The position numbers were made by a program, and so were the translations under genes. A DNA stretch of 61,989 nucleotides, counting the filler, from Platydemus manokwari (Eukaryota), in NCBI GenBank assembly GCA_037951405.1. It is 5 parts of 5 records of this genome, joined end to end, with 100 filler letters (N's around TTAATTAATTAA, not from the genome) between each part and the next. Parts side by side here need not be neighbours in the genome. Positions count along the whole stretch, not along the records: positions 20,643 to 29,807 come from JBBMOY011289429.1; positions 29,908 to 39,933 come from JBBMOY011177877.1; 3 more parts are not named here. One strand, 5' to 3'. This document shows, one piece after another, positions 24,717 to 38,064 of the stretch; position 1 is the stretch's first letter; every line of letters begins with the position of its first letter. Under the pieces are notes generated by a model, which was not told where the DNA came from, did no database searches, and saw nothing but the letters and a program-made list of their open reading frames with translations.

Positions 24717-26483
24717 ATGCCTCGAATTAGTTTGAAAAAATCTTTATTTTGTTTTCCCTTTGCTGCAGGAGTAATATTATTTGTGAAATTTATATTTTAT
24801 AGTGAAACTTTTATCCTGAAACATGTAACAAATGAAGTAATTTTTGAATCACCAGAACCTCCTGCACAAGTTGATTGGGCAGATGTACAATTAATTGAAA
24901 AAGAACTTGCTAGGGTAGGACCAGGTGAACAAGGATTGGGTGTTTACCTAAATTCTAATGAAACGAATAATGTAATGAAGCTTATAAATGTTAATGGATT
25001 TAATGCAATCGTTTCTGATCGAATATCTTTTCATCGAGCAATTAACGACTTGAGAACGCCTACGTGCAAGTCTTTAAAGTATGACAAAATACTCCCTTTG
25101 GCATCAGTTATTATACCATTACATGATGAACATTGGTCGACTCTTTTAAGAACAGTTCATTCAGTTATCAATCGATCACCTCCAAGTCTCCTCAAAGAAT
25201 TAATTCTGGTAGATGATAACAGCACGAAACAGTTTCTTCATAAAGATCTCGATAAATATATTTCTGATAATTTCAAGAAAGTAAGGCTATTGCGTACTGA
25301 AAAACGAGAAGGACTTATTAGAGCCAGAATAATAGGTGCTAAATCGGCGTCTGGAGATATATTAATATTCTTAGATTCTCATTGTGAAGTAGGAATCAAC
25401 TGGTTACCAGCGCTTCTACAACCAATTAAAGATAACTATAAAACAGTTACTTGCCCATTTATCGATGTAATAAATAATGATGATTTTTCCTTACACCCTC
25501 AAGATGAAGGAGCCAGAGGTGCTTTTGATTGGGAATTGAATTATAAAAGAATCCCGCATGTACCAGTAGATAGAAACCATCCTGAACAGCCATTTGAAAG
25601 TCCAATAATGGCCGGCGGATTATTCGCAATCAGTAGACGGTGGTTCTGGGAGCTTTCTGGCTATGACGAAGGCCTGGAGGTATGGGGAGGTGAACAGTAC
25701 GAGTTATCATTCAAAATATGGATGTGCGGGGGACGGATGCTTGATATTCCTTGCTGTAGAATAGGTCATGTATATAGAAAATTTAATCCTTTTGGAGTAC
25801 CAGGTCTAGGAGATTATGTTGCTAAAAATTATAAAAGAATAGCAGAAGTATGGATGGACGAATGGAAAACATTTGTATACAAGAAAAGTCCTCAAAGATA
25901 TTCTGCTATCGGTTACGTCAACGTTACCAAACAAAAATATCTTCGAAAACGATTAAAATGCAAATCTTTTCGATGGTTTTTAGAACATGTAGCTTACGAT
26001 CTTTTGGAGAAATATCCACCCTCTGAACCAGAACCAGTATATAATGGTAAAATTATCTCTGCTGTTGATCCATCTTTATGTATTGATTCGAAATTTGGCA
26101 AGCAAGGTGACCCCTTATCAATTGATAAGTGTATGACTAAAAGAAGTAATCGTAAAAACGGAGAACAAACCTTTCAAATTACGTGGAGATTTGAAATAAG
26201 ACCTACTGGCAGACATGTATGTTTCGATTTTCCCGGTATTGGAATTACTTTGGTTCTTTATAATTGTCATGAAAGTGGTGGTAATCAAAAGTGGATATTC
26301 AATCCAAACACTCGACAAATCATTCATAGAAATTCTCATAAATGCATTGATTCAAAACCACAAAGACTGGAATTGTATATCAATGATTGCAATTCGAATG
26401 AGACCCAGAAATGGAGAATGGAAAATATCGATAAAGAAATAATACAGAACGAATGGAGAGAGAATAGTGAGAAGTTTCAGTAA
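24717..26483 (+). CDS. GALNT10: Polypeptide N-acetylgalactosaminyltransferase, GALNT10/pgant6-like; single coding exon, 588 aa
   Basis: N-terminal TM anchor. GT-A domain: SVIIP.HDEHWSTLLRTVHSV, LVDD, REGLIRAR, FLDSHCE (DxH). Gal/GalNAc-T motif: SPIMAGGLFAI...WGGEQYELSFKIWMCGG. ARGAFDW and GHVYRK are typical of the GALNT10 subgroup. C-terminal ricin-B lectin with CID/QxW repeats. Confidence 0.93.
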   Translation: MPRISLKKSLFCFPFAAGVILFVKFIFYSETFILKHVTNEVIFESPEPPAQVDWADVQLIEKELARVGPGEQGLGVYLNSNETNNVMKLINVNGFNAIVSDRISFHRAINDLRTPTCKSLKYDKILPLASVIIPLHDEHWSTLLRTVHSVINRSPPSLLKELILVDDNSTKQFLHKDLDKYISDNFKKVRLLRTEKREGLIRARIIGAKSASGDILIFLDSHCEVGINWLPALLQPIKDNYKTVTCPFIDVINNDDFSLHPQDEGARGAFDWELNYKRIPHVPVDRNHPEQPFESPIMAGGLFAISRRWFWELSGYDEGLEVWGGEQYELSFKIWMCGGRMLDIPCCRIGHVYRKFNPFGVPGLGDYVAKNYKRIAEVWMDEWKTFVYKKSPQRYSAIGYVNVTKQKYLRKRLKCKSFRWFLEHVAYDLLEKYPPSEPEPVYNGKIISAVDPSLCIDSKFGKQGDPLSIDKCMTKRSNRKNGEQTFQITWRFEIRPTGRHVCFDFPGIGITLVLYNCHESGGNQKWIFNPNTRQIIHRNSHKCIDSKPQRLELYINDCNSNETQKWRMENIDKEIIQNEWRENSEKFQ

Positions 26484-26915
26484 AAATCACTTATTTTAAA
26501 TGATCAATTGATATCGATAAAATCAAAATTTCATGTTCTTGGCTTCTTTATTTTATAATCTTTTAATTTATGATCTATATTTATCGATGGTTTTACATTA
26601 TTAAATTAAGATTATGAGCTGTCTAGCTTGTTGATCCCAAAGCGACTATTATTAATACTAAACATAAGAATTAATCTAATAATTAGAGTTAATTATATGT
26701 TAAACAAAAGTATAAATATTTTTCTTTTGATGTAATTAAATTGATTTATAATAAAATCTTTTAAAAATTATAATTTCATTTGTATTGATTTTTATTAAAA
26801 CTTATTTACAAATTTAATTTTATATTCATTAACAAGGCTGTGCTATTATTCAGTCAAGACTTTAAACTTCCAAAACCATGTAAACTTTAATTAGATATTT
26901 CTATCTAGAGAATTG

Positions 26916-28181
26916 ATGTCTTTCAATATCAAGGAGGTTGTTGACAATTATCTTTGTCCATGTCATTCTTACAGAAATCAATTGGATATGGAAATTATTG
27001 TGAAGAACAAGACCAAATTTACCCAATGCAACCAATGCTCCTACCCGTGGCCATTATTTCACTCGAAGGCTTTACGGGAATGTTTTTCCTGCAAAAGCCA
27101 TTTTAATGAAATCGTTATGGCACCTGAATCGTGTGCTATGACTGAATGCTATTTCTGCGGTGGCCAAATTCCACAGATGGTAATCATTGACCATTATCAA
27201 AAAATCGCATCACTTCATCTATCCAATAACACTGATCTACCTACTCAGAAAGTAGCTATTGCTGATCAATGTAAATCCCACAATTGGAATTATGGTTTTA
27301 TTCGAGGACAATTTGAGAAAAGCTGTAACATTTGTGGAACACACACAATCATTAATGATCATGAAGAGATCTTGTCGCATTCAACGGAGTTTTTAAATTG
27401 TTGTGATTCACCACGAACTGGATTTTCGGCTTTCAGATATTTCAATCTCATTATGCTACAGTGTAACAAGTGCCTTTCCGAAACAGTGGTGACAAAAAAT
27501 CGTACCTTTGAAGAATGGTTATCGATTGGAAAGTGGGGTGCGGGTTTTGTGGAGGTGCAGGTGATGTCCATTAATGATCTCCATGTTGGCGATCATTTGG
27601 TGTACATCAGACAACTTTATGAGCATCATGTCATTGTAGTGTGGGTAAATTATAAAGATGGACGATTTAAAGAAATTGGATTTGGTCGACCATTCAAGAG
27701 CTCTAAATGCGAAGATAAATTATCATTAGAAGGGAAAATTCGTATCTACGATGTTCTGTATAAAACCCTAGTTGATCCGATGGTGGTGATAAATTATTTA
27801 CCTCTAGATTGTTACCATTCTGGACATGTTCTTCAGCGTGCTTTCTCGAGAATTCATGAAGGGGATTATAATTTGATATCAAATAATTGTGAACATTTGG
27901 CAACTTGGTGTAAATATGGAATTTATGAGTGTATTCAGGTGAGAAAAGTTCTCGGAAAATACACTAAGCTTGGCCAAGAGTTAGTTAATACTCTTGTTAT
28001 CCCAAATGTTAAATATGTTTGTGAAAAAATAACCAAAGCAGCCAATGAAGACCAAACAGTTGCTCAAATTCACAATGTCGTTGCATCTCAACAAGAAAAT
28101 ATCAAAGAAAAATTATTTAACACTTTGAATTATATTTGTGGTGAAAAACCGATGACTAAAGAACAAGATCAACAAAAATAA
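26916..28181 (+). CDS. LRAT/NC-domain (HRASLS/PLAAT-like, permuted NlpC/P60) protein with Cys-rich N-terminal CxxC repeats
   Basis: Intact 421-aa ORF (ATG 26916). The C-terminal domain has GDHL...YEHHVIVV and RAFSRI...YNLISNNCEHLATWCKYG (NCEH catalytic motif). The N-terminal ~190 aa contain CPCH, CNQC, CFSC, CYFC, CKSH, CNIC and CNKC. Confidence 0.85.
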   Translation: MSFNIKEVVDNYLCPCHSYRNQLDMEIIVKNKTKFTQCNQCSYPWPLFHSKALRECFSCKSHFNEIVMAPESCAMTECYFCGGQIPQMVIIDHYQKIASLHLSNNTDLPTQKVAIADQCKSHNWNYGFIRGQFEKSCNICGTHTIINDHEEILSHSTEFLNCCDSPRTGFSAFRYFNLIMLQCNKCLSETVVTKNRTFEEWLSIGKWGAGFVEVQVMSINDLHVGDHLVYIRQLYEHHVIVVWVNYKDGRFKEIGFGRPFKSSKCEDKLSLEGKIRIYDVLYKTLVDPMVVINYLPLDCYHSGHVLQRAFSRIHEGDYNLISNNCEHLATWCKYGIYECIQVRKVLGKYTKLGQELVNTLVIPNVKYVCEKITKAANEDQTVAQIHNVVASQQENIKEKLFNTLNYICGEKPMTKEQDQQK

Positions 28182-29807
28182 TTGATAATGGTCACCATTT
28201 GAACCTATTTGTCAAATATATTTTATATTTAAAGATAACCAATTTCTTTGTACGACTGCCAACTACGTTTAACTAATAAAAAATTCCCTATTTTTCTCAT
28301 CAAGATTATAATTATATAAGCAATCTATTCTCCAATTTTGAGCATATGATTTAAAGTTAAACACAATATTATCTAATTATAGTTAATAAAAACAAATATA
28401 GTTGGTAATGATCAATGTACAGCTGATGACTTAGATAAAAATCAGTTTATAGTTGGTAGTAATAATTTTAATAAATAATTATTTAATTTTCGTAATTCGT
28501 CAGTTGAATATTTATTTAAATTAGATTGGTTACAATAAAATTTAATTTTTAAATTACTAACTTTTACTTCAAACTATTTTAAATTAAAATTTGGTGATCA
28601 TTTCGAAAATCATAAATTGTTACTAATTAATTTTTTCTAACATATGTCTAATATTTATTGATTTTCATTTTACATCTGACATTTCGGTAGTATTATAGAA
28701 TTTTTTTAACTACCATTTCTCGGTATTGTACTAAAGTTTTTAAATAAAAATAAAAACTTATAATTTTTCGCCAAAATTTAAAATTCGATTTATTTGTTAA
28801 TTTCCCTATTTCTTTATTCTTTTAGTACAGTTAGTTATGCCATAAAAACAGGCAAAATTTTCACGAAAACCATGGGATAAACCCACAAATGGTCTAGACA
28901 CATAGATTCGTCCCGAATGTACAAATAATCAATCAGATGCTTTGTATATATCAATCCATATATGAAACTATATAATCAATTAGCGCATACTAGCAACGAG
29001 CAATGAACATTGAGAAATGCCAATGCACGACAGACACATGGAAATTTGCTAACAAACTGACGAATGAAAAGTAAATCTTTGAGACATCAAGTGAACGCAC
29101 GTGATAAGCCTATAAAAGTCGTATCTCACGAGCATCTACCAGCCTTTCTTGGTCGGTAACTATTATCTATGTTCCTTTTATGTGACGGTATTTACGGTTA
29201 TTTTCTTTGTTGCTGTTTAACTTTCGTTTGCAGATCCCGCCTTGTGTTGATTATTAATTTGACCATTTGATTATTTGACGATTTGGTTTTCTGTTGGGTC
29301 TACCTGCAGCAGAGCACAAAAAAATACTCAAATGATTCTCCAAAAGATAGTGCTTATTCACTAAGATTTATTGATATAACAAACATTGTACAACGATTCA
29401 GATAAATCAGAAAAAGGACCCATCCCTTAAATATGAGTCGTTAACAATTGGATATCAATGTCGTTATGTTACATATCAATATTCAAATAAAAGTTGTTTA
29501 TGGAGTTTTCGATTAGATTTTGTTTATAAATATAAATCTATCGATTATAAAATAAAATTTCCACCATCTTCATATGCAGTAATAATTGTCTTCAACTATT
29601 CCTAAAATCGAAATCATATTCAAAATCGTATCATTAATCACCGGAATCAATTACATTTATTAGTTATTAGTTAATTTCAACTATTAGAAAAATAATTAAA
29701 ACTAATTAAAGTGATATAATATTAAATGTCGAATAATGAAATGCTTACTATTTACTTTCCTATTACTATTTTCAAGTAGGTGCTAATATAATATTGAAAC
29801 GCAGTAC

Positions 29808-29907
29808 NNNNNNNNNNNNNNNNNNNNNNNNNNNNNNNNNNNNNNNNNNNNTTAATTAATTAANNNNNNNNNNNNNNNNNNNNNNNNNNNNNNNNNNNNN
29901 NNNNNNN
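29808..29907. other. Assembly gap with TTAATTAATTAA spacer
   Basis: 100-bp N-run with central spacer. Confidence 0.95.
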
Positions 29908-32900
29908 TGAGTATTATTATTAATTTTTAATTCTAATTTAATTCTAATTTAATGTAAAATCATATTTGTATAAAATTAAATTTATTTTTTTTACTATTGT
30001 ATTTAAATAGATTATTAGTGTCCTGACTTTTCAGTTTGTTTTTAATGTTTGGTTTATAAAGTAGTAAAAAAATTATTGTTATTGTTTATTATTATTACTA
30101 TTTTTATAATTTAGCGATTGATTTTTAATAATATTTTTATTATTAAAATTATTATTTCATATTATTCTCAAAAATATCGTTAAAAATCCAAAAATCAATA
30201 ATCGCATCTCGTCATTACTGATATAATTGCCTTATAAAACCATACATTAATCCACATATTAATAGCTTCACATCATAAAATACATCAGATGATTAGAAAA
30301 GCTAATTAACACCTCAATTGATAAATTTAATTGACAGATATGACAAATATAAATATAATTTCAACCCAAATAAAAAGATATATGAATGATAATAAATGAT
30401 TTTTCGAAATAATAGTTTTGTGGGAACTAATTTCACGCGAGGAATATCAGAAATAATCACAATAAATCATTGACAAAGTGATCATCTGTTGTTTTAAGAA
30501 TTACCTTTTCAATTCACCAGAAAAGATCTTTAATCAATATGTGATTTATTCGATATTCGATTTGACATCTCTAATAATATCATATCTCAATTAGAATTAT
30601 ATCATAGTCGTCATATAAATAATAATAAAATTATAATAAAATTATAATAATTTCCATGGATTCTTAATTAAGTAAAAAATCTCAAAGTGATTTTAAAACA
30701 TAAATTTGTGATTACATACAACAAAAATTAAACCCTTTTAATATAATCAGAACAGAAGTGCTTTTCATAGATTTGGTCCACAGCCACAGGACAATCTCTC
30801 CGGCTTAATGAATACACCTTTACCGATGTGGTATATGATACAATCGTTGTATTTATTATACAAAACAATAACACACAAAATAAAGCAAATCTACTTTAGC
30901 TTGTAAAGCTAATAATAATCTTTAATGTATTCCTTTTCAAATGTTTCCCCTTCAAACAAATTTCACAGTCTCATTGGCGAAGTATGACAATATTTACTTA
31001 AAATATTATTTAATAAATATATTTTTCCTTTGAAGTACTTTTATTATTTTGGAAGCATATTTTTTCCAATGTTTCGTGTTTAACTTTGAGTTCCCGCTTT
31101 TTATTTACAATGAAATTTCCGTTCATGGAACTTGTGTTTATTTACGGAAATTTTGCTTTATATTTTGCTAATGATTTACTAGTTAGAAGCTACTTTATTT
31201 TTCTAACTGATTTGTCTAGTTTTAATAATTATTTTATAAATCGTTTATCATTTAGCAATATTTCTACTCCTCTGTCTATATGTGTTAAAAGAATAATATT
31301 GGTTATGACCTCAAACATGAAAATAAGACAAAAGAAAGCCATGATCGCAATCATTAATGTCATTTTAGATCTTATCTAACAGATGTCTACTCTAAGCTGA
31401 TCTCTCAGAGAATCTCTAAATGGGAATTATCATGTGTTACTATAGATTGTGATTACAATGACTTTGTCATCATTATAATTAGTTTATTGCTGACAATGAT
31501 CAGAAGTGTAAATAATTAATTATATAATGGGTTCTCAATTCATTTCATAACATCTTAATTTAAAAATATTCGAAATAAAGGAAAATTTATAATGAAATAA
31601 AGAATCTTTTAAAAGATAAATTTAAATTTCAGAATTTATATCAGATGAAAAATTCACCGATTAATGAGCGAAGAAAATTATAAATTTTAGAAAAGAAAAG
31701 AACTTTCTTTACAAGGCAAAGAAACAATGAACAAAATAATAAAAGTTCAAACAAACGTTAAAAAGAAACAAAGCTAAGTGAAGAAAAATAACAAAAGAAA
31801 ACCAAGACCATAAAATTATATAAAATATTAGTCCGAAAGGTAGCATTGTAAATGTCTTAATTTGAGAAAGTTACTTTCATTCAGTTAATAAGCTTTCTGT
31901 TTCTACTCGATAATTGATATTTTAATTTCATTTAAACCATTTAGTTTCACCCTTTGATTCATCTTTTGGATATCTTATTTCATTGGAAAATTATCTTTGA
32001 TTTACCGATAAACGATTATAGTTGTCAACGATTATAAATCATGATCAAAGATTTCAGCTTAAACCATTGTAAAGCAAGAATAAATAATTCAAATCTTTCA
32101 AAGTTTGTCAATCGAAAGTTGTTCACACGATCTCGTGAAAGAGAACTAAATTCGTCAGTATTCTTTGAAATCAATCATCTCTCTTATAACCTTTTAAATT
32201 TATATTGGCTGATATGGAAGCTGTCTTATCCCATGACTTAGGCATCATCCTGTTGAATTGAATTCGGCAAAATCAAAATCTATTTAATTAATCCATACGG
32301 CTATCAGAACTTGTTTTTATTCTATACTATTTTCTCGTAGCGTATCAAATAAACTTTTTTCATTCTAATCTCTAATAATTCGGACTATGCTTGGACTAGT
32401 AAATTGTTTTTTATCTCTAGTTTTTTGTTTACTCTTGCGGAAATATGTGAACTGAAAGATAAATCAACATCATATATGCCTCTATAAATCGTCAATGTAT
32501 CAACGTATTACCAACGATTGATTGGTCAGCGTGATTCTAACGAAATACATTAGACATCGTTCATTAGACCGTTATTTAATGAGATTCAACAGACTCAATC
32601 ACTTGTTATCTTTCTGGTAGGCTATGATAGGCTATTTTAAACTACTTTTTTGTTTTACTGTGTTCGATTAAACAAAAATACTGCATTGATTCGTCTGATA
32701 ATTGTTTTATTATAATATTCATGTTTGCTGTCGGTATAGTTTTACATGAAACAAATTTCTGGATTATTTCGAAGTCGAATTTTTTTTAATGAAACCATAA
32801 TCAAAATAGGTAAATTAACGATAGAAAATGATTTGATATATTGATTTGATTTGAGTATATCACCTGCTTCACAGCATTTTACCCAAAAGCATATTCAATA

Positions 32901-35900
32901 AAATCACTTTCATATGGTCAATTAACCACTTGCTGATGCTTGTTTTTAGAGAGTTTGTTTTTTTTTTTTAATATTAAATTTATTACTTTTACAATTTGAA
33001 GGTTTTTATTTCCTATTCCCAATAGTCTATCTTTCTAGAAAAAATAACAACAATACAATGAACAAATTGTAAGGCTTAATGAAGAATGAGATATTAATAA
33101 AACGATACAAACGATATCCAGTCAAATTTGCGTAGAAACTATAAATCGAAAATCAACATTAAAGTCCGCCACAAAATCAATTCCCAAAATAATGCATCGA
33201 TCAGATTGTGTAAGGATTTTTGGCTTATTGAACTATTGTTTTTCTTGTCTGTGGATGATTTGTATTCGTGATCATTGAGATATTCGGAATCTTTCAGCCT
33301 TAAAATCTCTGAAAAAACATAAATGAATTACAAATTTATTTCTAATCTGTGGAAAAAATGATAGGATTTAAACAAATTGTCAAGAAACACGTCAACGAAA
33401 AATAGTTCACAGAGCTGATGTCAAATTTTAATTAATGCTGTTAAGAAATTTGGAGTATTATATAAATGAAAAAGCAAGTTTTCGTTATTTGTTTTATTGA
33501 AGTAGAGAAAGATCTTTTTGATATGAGGTGGTGATCCTTTTCAGTGATAAAACAATAATAGCACATATCAAGGAACCCATTAAAGACCGGACCCTAGACT
33601 CCATATCCGTACCCTTCTTCCAATGTTAATAAAATAAAGATTTTGCCAGTTGAGGGGTATTAACAGATTAAAAGTTTATAAACCGGTCCATCTTGGTATT
33701 TCTATCTTGTTTAAAATTACGGATTCAGTAAGTTTATTTATTAAATAATATTTTCTTCGTTAAAATAATTGATTAATAAAATTCTTGATTACAATGACTT
33801 ATTTGCTGAGATATATTTAATAAATAATTTAAATAAAAGAGAGAAAAAATGTGAACAATCTACTATCGTAAAGTTTAGAATTGATGAGAGGCAATTATTT
33901 GTTTTACTTCCACAATTGATCGAATTATTTAAATTTGTTTTACTTCAAAGGTCCAATTTCAAATGAAGGAGAAAAAACAACATTTCTTTGTTGCCCCAGT
34001 TCAAAGATATCTTTTAGAAATTATTTTTCTCGTCTGAAATTTTATTTATTTTTTTATCCATTCTGGTTTCGTAGGCCTGGAAAATTCGATATGGTAAATT
34101 ATGAGCTCAAGTAATTTGATCCGTGATGGATATTTTAGTTTTTCCGTGACAAAATATTTTTCATCATTGGGAAAAATATTGGAAATATTTTTGTCTTTAA
34201 TTGAAATTTTCTTTTTCATTTTCTTTTTCTCATTTGATTGTTTCTCGGATTAATTGTCAATTATCTCTCTCTCTCACTGTCTCTGCATAAATCTTTTCTT
34301 ATATGTATAAACCAGGTTAATCTAAATTCGTAGCGTACTAAGCCAAACCAGTATTGAGATAGAAAAAATCGAAGGTTGATATTCACATCATATGTAACCG
34401 TTTCAAAATCATTTCATTTCTTTGGCGATTTTTAAAAGTTATTTCAGTGTTTATTTTGATGTATTTTTAAATTTAATTTTTAGCCGTATGAAGCATGTTG
34501 TAGTGGCTTTTAGTTATTTTAATGCTGTTGGCTTCGTGGTCCTATAACATAATTAATGTTGAATGGGATCAGAAATTAATTAATTCATAACTTGTTCGTT
34601 AATCGATTCGAATTCATGATCACTTTATTATTATTTTGCCATAGTATTTTCTTATTAAAACCAGTCCCGACATTATTGTCAAAGGAATTAACGAAAAATT
34701 TCTAACCATCAAACAAATTTCATCAAATTTCGTATTTTACTTTTAAAAAAATGCCATTAGACCGGGTACATCGTTATATAGTACTGATGCTATTGCGAAA
34801 TTGAATTTTTCTCTCAATTTATTTATGAATTTTTCGATGAAAACCAAAGAAAAAGTGTTTTGATGAATAACTGAAAATTAATTGACAATCTTTTGCTGCA
34901 ATTCGACTTGAAATTAATTTTTTTTATTTCTTTTATTCTTTATTTTTATGGGATCAATCTACAGTGTCAAACGCAATTTTATTTAGGCAAATGTCGACAA
35001 ACGAAAATTGCGATAGTTTAATTTAAGAAGTGGCTACTGTTCTCAGTTACCAAGTCTGTCTCAGAACTTTAATTTGTATGATTACTGCATCTATTAGACA
35101 CATAAATACTAATATTGATTAGAATTTCAAAATGGCAAAGAACTGAATGTAATTTTGCGGGAAATTGATTATTCTATCAGAGTATCTTTCTTCTGTCACA
35201 TGTGTCAACATAAAAGAGTCATTTTGCCATAGCGATATCAGAGAAAATCCTATCACTGCATCTGAACAAATTATTGGAGTGTAACATTTTTTCTGGTAAC
35301 AAAAAGCATGAAAATATTTTCTGTTGGTACTGTTTTATTAAATAATTCATTTCCCACTTTGATTTTATATCCTGACAATTATATTTAATTGTTATCTCTA
35401 TCTTTATTTGTCTTGCTACTACTCATTGTGATCATTTTAATGCTAAAGAATAATTTGTTAAACAGCTCAAAGATATTTTTACATTTTTAGCTCAAATAAT
35501 TATTTTAATTATGGAAATTCATCAGCGATAATTAATGAAAAACGCATTAATTAAATTTAGTAGTTTATCAAGCAAATTTGCGTCTCGATTAATGTAGTTT
35601 GTCTCGAAATATATGAAAACTATATCGAATAAAGTCTGAAATTAATATGTAAATTCTTTAAGTACTTTAAATTAATCAACATAAACTATGGAGAATTAAT
35701 ATTAGAACATACCTATTCCATTGCTCTTAATGTTATTCTCAACCATTCAAATTCCTTTAGGTTCTGATTGACCTTGGAAATCAATAAGGACTTGAACTTT
35801 GAAATTTTAAGATTTTAATTAGGCTCATATCATAATCCATTGCCAATATCTTATGTGATTTTTTATCGATAAAAATTCCTACTCAACAGCAAAACTTCAA

Positions 35901-38012
35901 GTTTACAACCACAGGTTCTAGTTGGCATTCTGTTTCCTTTTCTGATGACTCATTTTGTGCAACCAGAACCCATGTATATAAATATAATTTTCTAATGAAT
36001 TTTTGAACAAGGAATATGGAATGGTGCTCTATTACGTGGATGTCAGTAAATTCTATTAGATGAACGATTTTTACTAGGGTTGTTTTCAAAATATAATGTT
36101 GTTACCAACTTATCTCGAACTGTTCTTAATACAGTTTCAAAGAGTCCATTTGACATGTATCGGGTGATTAATTCTTTCTAAATTTTGAAACGTCTAGCTG
36201 ACTCTATCAGCTTTTCTCAAAAAATTGCTAAATCTGTAAATATTGGTCTACGAAAATCATACCTATAAGTTTAAACATTGATGCTAGAATTGAATATACT
36301 GGTCTTGTATTGTTTGCTAATTAGTACTAGGTTTATGGGCCTGATAAATCTATAAACAATAATTAACAGATACTTGGATTTGATAATGAACTTTCTGAAA
36401 TGATGAGCTTAGACAACGATCGGTTCAAGCGATACAAAATTCTCAAACGGAATCATGATGTTATTGGTTCGACTAATGCGCACCTATCATTATATTCAAA
36501 TTTCATAATTATGTATCCCATTATAATTGTTTTTCAACATATTTGATGATAAGCAAATAATCAGAATATAATCAACCAGTGTGTTATTTCCATTATGACA
36601 TAACATGAAGATATCTTGTTTTGTCCATTCTCAATAAATACTACAGTATTTTGTTAAACAACTATTATTTAAAAAATTGAAAAGTAACTATTTTTCTTGG
36701 TAGATATATTGGACTCTAGCTTCTGCTTACTGTAGCCACTTCAGAACACAAAACTTCATCTCTTAATTAGAGTTTTCCTTTGAAGTTGTTATAGAATTTC
36801 ACTGCGATAGCTTTTATGAACCTTTTAAGCCGTTATTTGGTTTTTAAATCATTTTGATTATTAGGCGTTATCATCCATTTTTATCTCTTATATTACTATT
36901 ACCAGTTTCTTGTTGAAAGAATCCTTTAAAAATGCTTCGAAAGAAAATTGAAGCTGCATTAATTCAATTGTGGCAAAATAATTTCTAGTAAAGAATCAGA
37001 GAATCCACATTTTGAGTTGATATGTTGAATGTTTCCGAATTAAGATACCCGGAGTATCCAATTAGTTGAAAGTCCAAAAATATTATGGAATTTATTTGCT
37101 TATTTTAAAATAACCAACTTAGATAATATTCACACATCGATAACTATTCATAGTTAACATTAACTAACTCAATGCATTTGCAAATTATTTATGCAATAAT
37201 AATAGAATTCACAATAATTGCTCAATGTAACATTTCTGTTTGAAAAGCAATTTCCAATTTTTTCAATATCACCCAGTTAAATTTAAAAGAATTCCCAAAA
37301 CTCATCATTTTTTTATCCAATGTTCATTCAACTAAGAATAAATTAATTTTTTATGATTGTTTAAATATTACATGTAAATATAACCTATTTAAAGATTTAT
37401 GAAGAAAGCAACTTTTGAATAAAAATTATTGTTACGATCGAGTTGTTTGATAAATTTTTTAATCTCGTTAGAGCTTATTTATGTATAAATAAAATTAAAG
37501 TTTTCCATTGGAAACCATTCGGATAAATGGTGGATATCTAAAATTAAAGCTAGGATATTTAAAAACTTTAAGATCTGATTTCAAAAAAATCTATCATTTT
37601 AATTTAAAGCTTATAGAAAATGATATAAAACGATAAGGAACTTATTACCAAAAAAAATAATCAACAACTAGATAACAAATTACTAATGATGAGATTTTTT
37701 GGTTTCGAGAAAAACTGTTAAGATATTAATTATTCGAACATTGATTTAAGTAAATATACGAATAATAAGTTGCAAAGTCGTCAAAAAAAGTCGTGCTACT
37801 CAGCACATAATAAACATAAATGCTTCACTCCAATAAAAATAAAAATCAGCTCAGGACTTGCATTAAATCATCGATTTTTCCAGTTTCGATTGGACTTATC
37901 AATTTTCTATAATCGGGATTGGTTAATCATTACATGTGTACTACTTCTGTGTCCTTTTTCGAATTAGAATCTTCGATTTATACTTTCTATGATTGGCCGA
38001 CTGTTATACATG

Positions 38013-38062
<50 letters not shown>
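38013..38062. repeat. Compound (TA)n(TG)n microsatellite
   Basis: Read directly from the sequence. Confidence 0.95.

Positions 38063-38064
<2 letters not shown>

Noticed and set aside
37040-37075. FQLI(fs)DTPGI resembling a GTPase G3 motif
   Set aside because: It needs a frameshift, has no upstream P-loop, and lies within the kinase-like part of the putative Roco relic.
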